From the IMG/VR virus record IMGVR_UViG_3300037761_000042, positions 1 through 58,741 of that record: a DNA stretch of 58,741 nucleotides; one strand, given 5' to 3'. Source of the DNA: a virus. Its lineage: Duplodnaviria > Caudoviricetes. Shown piece by piece: positions 26,829-35,694 of the stretch. The stretch's first letter is position 1, and each line of letters starts with the position of its first letter. Made by a program: the position numbers and the translations under genes. The notes under the pieces are model-generated. The model had not been told where the DNA came from and did no database searches. It saw only the letters and a program-made list of their open reading frames with translations.

Positions 26829-28034
26829 CTAATTAGTAGGATAATTCCATACAAGGAACGATTCTGGGTGTCTAAGTGCAAAGTCATGTTTTGCTGTGAT
26901 TTTTAATACAGTTTGGTCAAGGCTAAATGCACTCTGTAAAGTAGATCCATCGTACCAAGATGCTTCATTTGATGCCATAAATTCAAATGCCATTTCATCT
27001 CCAAACAGCAATTCGCTGAAATCTCCTAAGAAGATATCAAAATAAGTTGTTCCGGCTGTGCTGTTAGCTGTAGTAATCTGGTTACTCACACGGAATGGGA
27101 ACCCATTTAATGTGCCACGATTCATTTCATCCCTATAAATATACTGGTTAGTAGTAGTTTTTAGGTTATAGAATGTACTCCAAATCTTAGAATTAAAAAT
27201 CCAACCGGTAGACAACATAGGAACATTATTATTCATTAGCTGGCCTATCATTGTTCCTGGAATATCGGCATTAAGTGTGCCAGTGCCAGTTGCAATTGAA
27301 ATGGCTGAGCTTACAGCCGTTATGCTTGGCTTAATACCCATAGGAGTAAAAGCTGTTCCAGTGCCATACATGGCGGTATAATCAAGCTTTAATCTCATTT
27401 GCTGTACCATGTCATCACGAACAATTGCATCAGCTTCAGGACTAGCATTGCGAATTAAATCATTAGAAACAGGTACAAGAGTTACAAGTTTCTTACTATT
27501 TAATTTTACATTTCCAAAAGTCTGTTGTGATTTGGTCGCATTGGAATTTTCGCCAACATAGTACGATGTTGCTCCACCTGTCAATTTTGGCATGTTTAAG
27601 TTTCCACCAGGCATTGGTATTCTTCTAGTTCCTAGTTCCATTACGGCTGTTTTTGACAATAGCAGTGGGATTATATCCCTTGCGTATTGTTCGTTGATAA
27701 GGAAACCACCTTCACTAGGAGTAGTTGCGGAAAGCTGTTTCAACAGTGCCTGTACTTGCTTATCCTCGGGGTACATACCTTTACTGGAATTCTGCCCACC
27801 AGCAGCATAAAACAAAGCTTTGTCAGCATCATTTTTTGCAAGAGTAAGGCACTTTATTGCTCTAGTAAAAGTCATACCTGGCTCTTTCTTTTCTTCTGTT
27901 TCATTTCCCTTTTGTTCAAATATGTTAGAATATTTACGCTGGGTTTCCTCGTACTGTGTTTGTTTTTCTTGGATTGGCGCTAACTGTTCTTTGACAGATT
28001 CGCCTATTACGGTTTTCAATTCGTTTAAATCCAT
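26829..28034 (-). CDS. Major capsid protein (HK97 fold)
   Basis: SEGGFLI, KKLVTLVPVSNDLI, GTG...PMGI, GTLNGFP, FLGDFS, DFALRHPESF. Confidence 0.95.
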   Translation of the reverse strand: MDLNELKTVIGESVKEQLAPIQEKQTQYEETQRKYSNIFEQKGNETEEKKEPGMTFTRAIKCLTLAKNDADKALFYAAGGQNSSKGMYPEDKQVQALLKQLSATTPSEGGFLINEQYARDIIPLLLSKTAVMELGTRRIPMPGGNLNMPKLTGGATSYYVGENSNATKSQQTFGNVKLNSKKLVTLVPVSNDLIRNASPEADAIVRDDMVQQMRLKLDYTAMYGTGTAFTPMGIKPSITAVSSAISIATGTGTLNADIPGTMIGQLMNNNVPMLSTGWIFNSKIWSTFYNLKTTTNQYIYRDEMNRGTLNGFPFRVSNQITTANSTAGTTYFDIFLGDFSELLFGDEMAFEFMASNEASWYDGSTLQSAFSLDQTVLKITAKHDFALRHPESFLVWNYPTN

Positions 28035-28036
28035 GA

Positions 28037-29062
28037 TTAGTTACCTCCTTTAATTTGGGTGTTTAAAATTTCTGTTATAAGTTGTTTGAGTTCCTCTGGT
28101 TTGATATTTAGTTCGTTGTTGTCAGCATCATTTTCAGTCTTTTGGAACTCTATAGCATCGAGGTTTATGTCCTCGTTTGCATCGTCAGGAATTGATTTTT
28201 GGGATAATAAAAGCACTTGAAATTTTATCTCCTCAAGTGCCGTTTTTATTTCTTCTATTTCATTTGACTTGGGTTTGCAGCCTTCTTCCATAAGTTCACC
28301 AGGTGGTTTTTCTGCCATCATTTGACCCATCATATCCATAGCCATTTGCATATGCCCCATTGCTTGTGTCAACATTTCGCGGTTTTTAGCTGATATTGAT
28401 GCGCCAGCTTTTTCTTCGATGGGGTCAATTGATTTTTCTATGTCTTCTTCTTTGGGGATATTGGTTTCTTTTGAAATATCAATTTCTTTTTCAGTTTCTA
28501 GATTCAATGTTTTCAACTCCTTGTCTGAAATTAATCCCTTACTTCTAGCCTCCATTAATGCTGTTGGATTGCTCGGCACCGGAACAAGGCTCAATTCCAA
28601 GAGACTTTGTTTCTTGTATCTCCTACCTTTATAATTGCCCTGTTCATCCTGCATTGGTTCTGCTTCTTTTCCAATAAAACCCACCGATACCGCTGACATA
28701 TATCCATTTTTATACATATTGTAAGCCATGTCTACATTTTTGGCATGTTCAGCTATCATATCTGCATTGCCTGGAAATGAAGTCAATTCTGAAATAGTTG
28801 GAAATTTAACTTCAAATTTTAATTCCTTGCTTTGATAGTCAATATATGTTTTAGTTGACTTAGCATATGGAAATTTTTGGTATTCGTGGAATCCCATTAT
28901 TACTGGATTATTGTTATAGTCAGTTAAATCCCAGCCCATTGCCTCAATTATGTCACCGTCTCTATCCACGTTTTCTGTAGAGCCTGTAAATGCAAGCATT
29001 CTTTCTTCTTCTAATCCTATTTGTTTTACATCAAAGTTAAAAACTTTGCATATTTTATCCAC
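28037..29062 (-). CDS. HK97-family prohead protease
   Basis: STENVDRDGDII, NPVI...H, SVGF, LLELSLVPVPSNPTAL. Confidence 0.92.
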   Translation of the reverse strand: MDKICKVFNFDVKQIGLEEERMLAFTGSTENVDRDGDIIEAMGWDLTDYNNNPVIMGFHEYQKFPYAKSTKTYIDYQSKELKFEVKFPTISELTSFPGNADMIAEHAKNVDMAYNMYKNGYMSAVSVGFIGKEAEPMQDEQGNYKGRRYKKQSLLELSLVPVPSNPTALMEARSKGLISDKELKTLNLETEKEIDISKETNIPKEEDIEKSIDPIEEKAGASISAKNREMLTQAMGHMQMAMDMMGQMMAEKPPGELMEEGCKPKSNEIEEIKTALEEIKFQVLLLSQKSIPDDANEDINLDAIEFQKTENDADNNELNIKPEELKQLITEILNTQIKGGN

Positions 29063-29077
29063 TTTCTCAACCTCCTT

Positions 29078-30307
29078 TTAAAATTCTTCTGCCCATCTAG
29101 TAGAGACTGAAATTTCTGTTGCGTTTGACGATATCGCCGCAAAAGTTAATGTTTCTGTAGGCATAATTGATAAAGATAAATGCTCTATATTTTCAAGCGT
29201 TGTTGAATCTGTTTTGCCTAACTGCAAAGTTAATAGTGTGTTACCACCTGAAATAGTGTCGTTAGCAGTATAATATTCTATTACTGAGTTAACTGCATCA
29301 ATTGCAGTGTATGTAGCAGTTGTAGCAATTGAACTAGCATTTTTTATTAATTTTAAACTTACTATTTTAGTTCCTTCGGTTGCCGCACTAAGAAAATGCA
29401 ATTTAGTTATTACTTTATTTCTTAATGTCTGAAATGCCGACACGCTTCTAAGTGTGAACAAATTTGTCAATGTGTTTGTGGCTGTAATCGAAATGCTTGA
29501 ATTAAAAGACTTAAACCTCAAACAGCAAGCTCCAACATTTTCATTACCAATTATTCCAGCGTCCCAAGAACCCGTCTTTAATGTTACATCGGCTGTACCA
29601 CTCGTTTTAAACACTTGTACACGCATGGGGAGAACGGGATTTCCTATTGTTGTTTCTTCTAGCGAATTAGGAAACTCCATAACATGAAACGTAACCCAAT
29701 AGCCATTTGGATTCATTGTTTCAAAGCTTATCGAACTAAACCCAAGCCATCCATAATTTATGCGCCATAGATTACCTTTTGTAAAATCAGTGATAAAACC
29801 TTCTTCACCTTCACCATTTAATTTATTTCTGTTAAAATTATTTTGTGTAACAGTAAAATCAATACTATTCCTTCTTTTACCGACTACAAAATCAGTCCCA
29901 ATAAATCCAACAAAAAATCCATCATCATCATCAAACGGGCCTATTAATTGATTGCTACCTGCAACGGGTTCAGAAAATATACTAGTGAAATTTGCATATC
30001 CATCATGTCCAGGTATATATCTTACGTGTTTATTAGTCTGTATTGTTGCGCTTGCAGTAGCTCCTGACCCAGTAGACACAACTGCCATATGATCATCTTG
30101 CATAGCTGTTCCTGTGTCGAATGTTGTTGCAAATACATCGTCAGTAGATAAATTGTATTGAAATTGTACTGCTAAACTGTTTATCCTACTTCCGGTAACA
30201 TTGTCACCAAATAGTGTGTTTAATCCTTGTCTTCCTGCTCCATCGGTAAGCTGTACATATCCTGTACCTGTTATCTTTTCACCTCTCCATTGCCAAAATT
30301 CAGCCAT
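29078..30307 (-). CDS. Thr/Ser-rich beta-sheet virion-associated protein
   Basis: 409 aa between portal and protease; RYIPG, Q.NFN..KLNG.G, YGWLG motifs. Confidence 0.65.
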   Translation of the reverse strand: MAEFWQWRGEKITGTGYVQLTDGAGRQGLNTLFGDNVTGSRINSLAVQFQYNLSTDDVFATTFDTGTAMQDDHMAVVSTGSGATASATIQTNKHVRYIPGHDGYANFTSIFSEPVAGSNQLIGPFDDDDGFFVGFIGTDFVVGKRRNSIDFTVTQNNFNRNKLNGEGEEGFITDFTKGNLWRINYGWLGFSSISFETMNPNGYWVTFHVMEFPNSLEETTIGNPVLPMRVQVFKTSGTADVTLKTGSWDAGIIGNENVGACCLRFKSFNSSISITATNTLTNLFTLRSVSAFQTLRNKVITKLHFLSAATEGTKIVSLKLIKNASSIATTATYTAIDAVNSVIEYYTANDTISGGNTLLTLQLGKTDSTTLENIEHLSLSIMPTETLTFAAISSNATEISVSTRWAEEF

Positions 30308-30319
30308 TCATATCACTCC

Positions 30320-30739
30320 CTATAAATTAAGCGGTTGAATTTTTATCGTAACTGAGCTTCCAGCTGTAATTCCCGCGCTTAATGTTGTTGTAAATCCGAT
30401 ATAATCAGGAAATCCAGTAAATCTTTGAATTCTGCTTGATGTTAAAAGCCCGGTTGTCATTTGTGCGGAAGTATCTTTATCTATTATAGATGTCATAGTT
30501 CCGTTGCTTGACAATGCACCCGAAATAACTGTAGCAGTTCCGCCTCCAGTCCCTAAAGTTGATTGAAGCATAATAGAGTTAAATTCAAGCAAAGACGTTT
30601 CGCTTGATGTGTATGTAGTATCAGTTGTTAATGTTGCCGTTACTGTCACGGAAATTACACCTAATGGAGTTCCTCTAATGCTAGTTGTATATGCTGCTCC
30701 GTTGGTAATTGACCCATTCCACTGAAAAAAATTAGACAT
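30320..30739 (-). CDS. Ser/Thr-rich virion-associated protein
   Basis: Start MSNFFQWNG; 49 S+T in the 142-aa ORF by manual count. Confidence 0.7.
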   Translation of the reverse strand: MSNFFQWNGSITNGAAYTTSIRGTPLGVISVTVTATLTTDTTYTSSETSLLEFNSIMLQSTLGTGGGTATVISGALSSNGTMTSIIDKDTSAQMTTGLLTSSRIQRFTGFPDYIGFTTTLSAGITAGSSVTIKIQPLNL

Positions 30740-30893
30740 TGTTATCACCCCATCTTGTATTTATTAACCTTGTAGCGTTGGCATTTACTACTTCAAAATG
30801 TTTTAATAACGCCCTTCTAAATTCAAACATTATGGCATTCATTTCTTTTTGACATGATTCATGTTTGAGCATATCTATTTTATCTGTTAACAT
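30732..30893 (-). CDS. Small hypothetical protein
   Basis: Start MLTDKID after AAGGAG. Confidence 0.55.
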   Translation of the reverse strand: MLTDKIDMLKHESCQKEMNAIMFEFRRALLKHFEVVNANATRLINTRWGDNNV

Positions 30894-30915
30894 ATTAATC
30901 CTCCTTTTTATATAT

Positions 30916-32985
30916 TTAATCAAGTTCGGGAAGTTCAACGCATCTACAGTTGACCAATTCTTTTGCTGATCCGCTTGGATCACCAGGATACATCAAACCA
31001 TTGCTAAACGGTTTATCTATCTCTCGTATCTCTCCATTAATAGCGGCATGACTTTCGCGTTCACGTCCGTCAATTGTTGTTAACCAAGAACGTCTTTGTA
31101 CATTAGCTGCTTTATATGTTTCGTGCGTTCCTGCACCAACCGTGTTATGCGTTTCAGTTTTGGCAATTTTTTCCGTTCTGCTTGTCTTGGCTTCTGTAAA
31201 TATAACTGAGATTCGATCCCTAAGTTTTACTATTGATTCCCCTTGGTCGATACCTTCTGACAATGTTTTTTGCAATTTTTCTTTTGTTGTTGTATTTATG
31301 TCTTTTACTTGGTCTAATCCATGTTCTTTAATCCATTCCGTAAACTTAGGTTGCATAAAATCTTGTGTCAACCCAAATGAAAAAGTTACGTTAACAGTTT
31401 CAAATCCTTCAACTAATGATGCCATCCACAAAGGCGTTAAGGTTGCATAAAACAAATCGTCTTCATTATCCCAATCAACATCATCAACCGATTTTATAGA
31501 TTTCAAAAGTTTGTTGTTCATCCTATCCTGCTGACCTTGGAAAAACTTCTTTGAAGCAGATACAAAAGACCGCTCATTTTTTGTAGCAGCCTTATCGAGT
31601 ATGTACCATAATTGATTCTTGTGTTCAAGCGTTAGCATCTTTTTTTTTATGTTATATTCTGTTACTTCAGTATTAAATTCCGGTTTGTTATCAAGATTTA
31701 TTGTTGCTACAATTGGTGGTATTTCTCTAGGTGGTAAATTTGTTTGTAATGTCTCACCGTTTAATGTAGTCGGTATCATATTGAGCGGAGTGTACAGTAT
31801 TTGTCCTTTGCCATTTGGTAGTGCCTCCCATCCATTGGATAACCTCCACTCATCAACTAATATACCTCCATTTTTAAGCCCCTCAGATGCCTTTTTAAGC
31901 TTAAATTCATCATCCTCTGGTACAACATTATCATGTTCAAGATAAACGCTCTTGTCTAGTTCTGGTACTAGCTGAATGTTTAAAGTATCGTCAATGAATT
32001 TTAATTCTTTCCTAAGTACGTTTTTAGTATACAAATAATATGCAGCATCAATAGTTGAACGGTTGCTGTTTTCAAGAATACCAAACAACTCAGGTGGAAT
32101 GCTAAAATGCTGGTTAGAAACATCACGCAAATATTTACGACTTTCAATAAAATCCATATCCTTGTTAGTTTCCTTAAGAAGTTGAAATTTAGCATCCCAA
32201 TTTAGCCATGCCATTTTATGTTTATTATTGAATCCCCCATATTTTTGTTGCCATGATTCCTCAGTTCTACTTATTGTAGGTTCATCGGCGCCTGGCATCA
32301 TTCCGACCATCGGAGGTATGGCATCGTTGAAGAAATATCTTTTTTGATACTTCGCCATATATTCATCAGTCTCAATTTCATCTCCGATACCCTCTGCCCT
32401 TCCTATCCCTCTTAGATATGGATTATTTACATCTGGCTTTTTGAAATAAACCATATCATATGGTGGCACATATATAGGTTGCGCTTGCATATTCCCCAAT
32501 GGATATATGGTAAAATAATCCTTTGACGTACTCGGTATTTCATTCACCCAACTCGGAGGTATAGGCCATATTTCAGTTACTTTCCCAAGTCCATTCCTCT
32601 CTTTAATCCAAAAAGCCTCGCCACTTGGAAGCATAAGATAAACTTGAGTAATATAAAACAATGCGTATTCCGTTATTGTTTTATTTGAATTAGGGTGTTT
32701 TAGTATTTTTTCGGAGTTTGATCCTTTTATCTTTATTTTTTTAGTATCGTTTTCATTGTATATACCATAACAGGACGTCGCTACATCACTGGCTATTTGA
32801 TGTATAGGATTCATGCGAGGACTTTTATTGTATAACTCAATCCAATCTTCTGTGCTTCTCTTAGGAGGTTCGCCATAAACAGGCATAAATCTTTGTGCCA
32901 TATTTATAAATGATTGATTTGGCAGGCCTGTAAATGCAGCCTTAATTGAACTTATTCTATCCGATAATGTCATTTTACGATTCAT
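30916..32985 (-). CDS. Portal protein fused to a MuF (SPP1 gp7-like) domain
   Basis: HK97-type portal (LMLPSGEAFW, FFNDAIP, FSIPPELFG, DEWR), then IAKTET...W....D.RER.SH...PGDP.....NCRC. Confidence 0.9.
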   Translation of the reverse strand: MNRKMTLSDRISSIKAAFTGLPNQSFINMAQRFMPVYGEPPKRSTEDWIELYNKSPRMNPIHQIASDVATSCYGIYNENDTKKIKIKGSNSEKILKHPNSNKTITEYALFYITQVYLMLPSGEAFWIKERNGLGKVTEIWPIPPSWVNEIPSTSKDYFTIYPLGNMQAQPIYVPPYDMVYFKKPDVNNPYLRGIGRAEGIGDEIETDEYMAKYQKRYFFNDAIPPMVGMMPGADEPTISRTEESWQQKYGGFNNKHKMAWLNWDAKFQLLKETNKDMDFIESRKYLRDVSNQHFSIPPELFGILENSNRSTIDAAYYLYTKNVLRKELKFIDDTLNIQLVPELDKSVYLEHDNVVPEDDEFKLKKASEGLKNGGILVDEWRLSNGWEALPNGKGQILYTPLNMIPTTLNGETLQTNLPPREIPPIVATINLDNKPEFNTEVTEYNIKKKMLTLEHKNQLWYILDKAATKNERSFVSASKKFFQGQQDRMNNKLLKSIKSVDDVDWDNEDDLFYATLTPLWMASLVEGFETVNVTFSFGLTQDFMQPKFTEWIKEHGLDQVKDINTTTKEKLQKTLSEGIDQGESIVKLRDRISVIFTEAKTSRTEKIAKTETHNTVGAGTHETYKAANVQRRSWLTTIDGRERESHAAINGEIREIDKPFSNGLMYPGDPSGSAKELVNCRCVELPELD

Positions 32986-33035
32986 TACATTTATTCACCT
33001 GCCTTTACTTGATGTATTTGTATAAGAAAAAGCAC

Positions 33036-33731
33036 TCATATGCTGAGTGCTAATTGTTGAATTTTAGTTTTTGTATCGTAATTTAAATATTTGAGTATTT
33101 TTCTTTCTTTTTTCTTATCATAAAAACTTTTCATTGGATACCATTCAAAAAAATCACTATTACATTTGCTTGAATTACAAATTGAACAACAAGGTATTAT
33201 ATTATTTTTTGTATATTCTCCGCCTTTTGATAATGGAATAAAATGATCTTGCGTAAGAGGTTGCTCTTTTCCACAATAAGCGCATTTATAATCAAAATGT
33301 TCTTTACAAAATCTCCATTCATTAAAAGAAAAATTAGTTTCAATTTGTTTTTCTAAAGTTCTTCTTTTATGTTTACTCTTTTTTGCATAATATCTTGATC
33401 TTTCTGGATTACTATAATAATAATCTTTAGATTTCTTATTTAATAAATCCTTATTTTCAATATAATATTTTTTGCCCCACTTAGATCTCTTACTAGAATT
33501 AATTTTATTATATTCTTTTTTTATGGCACAGATTTTATCCCTATTTTTTATATGGTATTCTTTCTTTTGTTCGAGTATCTTATTATTATTTTCTTTGTAA
33601 AAATTTTTTACTATTTTTATTCTACATGCTTTACATTCTGGTCTAAAACCATCTTTGCATTCTTTGTGAACATAAAAAAATTCTTCTGTTGCTGGAAATT
33701 CGTTCCCACATTTCTTGCATTTTTTCAACAT
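33036..33731 (-). CDS. HNH endonuclease with N-terminal Zn-binding domain
   Basis: KKCKKC...ECKAC; CAYCG, DHFIPLSKGG, NIIPCCSICNSSK. Confidence 0.9.
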   Translation of the reverse strand: MLKKCKKCGNEFPATEEFFYVHKECKDGFRPECKACRIKIVKNFYKENNNKILEQKKEYHIKNRDKICAIKKEYNKINSSKRSKWGKKYYIENKDLLNKKSKDYYYSNPERSRYYAKKSKHKRRTLEKQIETNFSFNEWRFCKEHFDYKCAYCGKEQPLTQDHFIPLSKGGEYTKNNIIPCCSICNSSKCNSDFFEWYPMKSFYDKKKERKILKYLNYDTKTKIQQLALSI

Positions 33732-33770
33732 AATAAAAACACCTCCTGTAGTGTGTCCTGATTTTATAAA

Positions 33771-33825
33771 ATGAGGCCGGTTCAGGAAAACCGTTTTAAC
33801 TAGGTAGCTACTCCCAGTGCCCCAT
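33771..33825 (-). ncRNA. Three-way-junction leader RNA, copy A
   Basis: P1 AUGGGGC/GCCUCAU, P2 ACUGGG/CCUAGU, P3 CGGUU/AACCG; loop UUCCUG complementary to SD CAGGAG. Confidence 0.6.
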
Positions 33826-33845
33826 ATATATTATATTATATCATA

Positions 33846-35420
33846 TTATTTGATATAATACGAAGGTTTTTTAAGTGTTTTATGTAGCAATTGCAATGAA
33901 TCCGGAGCATCATCGTGCTTGCATTTAGGGCGTATCGAAAAATCTTTGATTTGCTGATTAAACGAAACATTGAGTTTATTAAACAAAATCTTGCCTCCTG
34001 TAATGTCAGGTTCAAGTTTCATAATTCGTATCTCTTTATTATCAGTGGCTTTAACATGCGTAACCATTCTATAACAGTCCGATTCGCATAGTTTTTTAAT
34101 CAATTCATCTTTTAATAGGTCTTTAAATAAATTACTTTCAAGAATGATTTCTTCTATTTCTGGATATTCTTTTACAAATTTAATGATTTCGTCCATAATC
34201 TGATACGGATTATGCAAAGCTAGTTTCCCATCTCTTATAAAATAACCACCATTTAATTCTCCACCAATTACATAAGCACTTGAATCTCCTTTTCCTTCTG
34301 ACGGATCAACAGCAAGTTTTAATTTTTTAATTACCTCAGGCCATTCATCCCAATATGTTAATTTTTTAAATGGTTTATCTCTTGCACTTTGCGGATTGTT
34401 TTGGTCTTCCTTTTGAAATGCATCTTCTCCAAATGCCTCTCTATCTAACATAACACCATAATATGCTCCAGCATATTTCATTTTGTTTTCTGGTGTTTTA
34501 CCTTCCCATAAAACCTTTGTTCCTTTAATCATATCAACTTTATTATTTAAATAAAAAGCATATGCATCATCCATACGGTTTTCATTATTTAAGTTTTGAA
34601 ATATTTTGCGCCATTCTTCCCACAACTTTTCGCCTTTATCATCAGGAAATGAAATAACTCTTTTATAAAACAATGTTTTCCAAGAAGGCATTTGAATCAC
34701 TCGTGCCAAAAGTGCATCAGTAGAAAGTAATGTCCCTATATAAAACATGTCAGTGTCATAATCACCTAAACGTCCTATTTCTTCATTAAAACAAGTTTCT
34801 AATTTTATTCTGAGTGAATCTGAATCTAAGGTGCTTTTATCCTCCAAATCATCAAGAATCACCAAATCTGGTCTACGATCTTTATTTATACCTCTTATAC
34901 CTGATTTCCACCCAGTACAACCTACCCAACAATCATTTTTTAAACAAATATTATCAGCATTCCATACACGCCCTTTTTGCGGGCCAAAATCTTGTATTAC
35001 TTCTACGCTTTCTAAAGCTTTTTTAACTTTGTCTAAAAAATTAGCGGCAGTGTCACCATTTGCACTTATGAAAAAAGTAAATTTTTTCTTTCCATATAAT
35101 GCAGCCCAAGTAGGTATTGCTACAGAAGATAATGTACTTTTCCCATGTCCCCTTGGTGCTATTACTGCCATTTTCTCAGCCGATTCAGATTGAATGGATT
35201 TGGTTAATACATTAAGTATTTCTTTTGCATAGTCTCCAAATTCCTTATCAAAAAGTTCTGCAAGATATGTTCTGCAAAAATACTCCGGATAAATTTCGCC
35301 CAGCATTCGTCTTAATCCACCAGACCCCGTTAACGGAAAGCTAGTTAAAACCAATTCCGCATCATCTCCGAAATGTTTAAATGCATATTCAATTAATAAA
35401 TCTTTTTGATAACTATCCAT
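33846..35420 (-). CDS. terL: Terminase large subunit
   Basis: APRGHGKST (Walker A), LVILDDLE (Walker B), AVDPS nuclease Asp, HDDAPD. Confidence 0.95.
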   Translation of the reverse strand: MDSYQKDLLIEYAFKHFGDDAELVLTSFPLTGSGGLRRMLGEIYPEYFCRTYLAELFDKEFGDYAKEILNVLTKSIQSESAEKMAVIAPRGHGKSTLSSVAIPTWAALYGKKKFTFFISANGDTAANFLDKVKKALESVEVIQDFGPQKGRVWNADNICLKNDCWVGCTGWKSGIRGINKDRRPDLVILDDLEDKSTLDSDSLRIKLETCFNEEIGRLGDYDTDMFYIGTLLSTDALLARVIQMPSWKTLFYKRVISFPDDKGEKLWEEWRKIFQNLNNENRMDDAYAFYLNNKVDMIKGTKVLWEGKTPENKMKYAGAYYGVMLDREAFGEDAFQKEDQNNPQSARDKPFKKLTYWDEWPEVIKKLKLAVDPSEGKGDSSAYVIGGELNGGYFIRDGKLALHNPYQIMDEIIKFVKEYPEIEEIILESNLFKDLLKDELIKKLCESDCYRMVTHVKATDNKEIRIMKLEPDITGGKILFNKLNVSFNQQIKDFSIRPKCKHDDAPDSLQLLHKTLKKPSYYIK

Positions 35421-35443
35421 TAAATCACAGCCTTTCAAGGCAA

Positions 35444-35481
35444 TAAAAAAAGCCGCCTACCCAATTAAGGATAAACGGCTC
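35444..35481 (-). terminator. Intrinsic terminator immediately upstream of terL
   Basis: AGCCGUUUAUCC/GGGUAGGCGGCU stem followed by a U-tract. Confidence 0.75.
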
Positions 35482-35493
35482 ACTAAGGGGGCA

Positions 35494-35694
35494 CTAAAAG
35501 TTTATTTTAATTTCTATTGATATTCCCGATTTTGCTATAGCAGTTTTACCAGCAGAATATATTATTACTGGCTTGGAGCTATTGCCACATCTAGGGCATA
35601 TAACACGATACACAGAATCTGTTCCACTACCCTCTATGTAATGAGCAAGTACTCTTCCACAATCAGGGCAAATAACTTTTTTAAATGTCTGCAT
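35494..35694 (-). CDS. Com-like zinc-ribbon protein
   Basis: KVICPDCGRVLA...RVICPRCG; start MQTFKK. Confidence 0.65.
   Translation of the reverse strand: MQTFKKVICPDCGRVLAHYIEGSGTDSVYRVICPRCGNSSKPVIIYSAGKTAIAKSGISIEIKINF

Noticed and set aside
13459-31945. Long + strand ORFs opposite structural genes (13459..13992, 21856..22497, 24666..25043, 31142..31450 and others)
   Set aside because: Antisense shadows of well-supported genes, without SD or motifs
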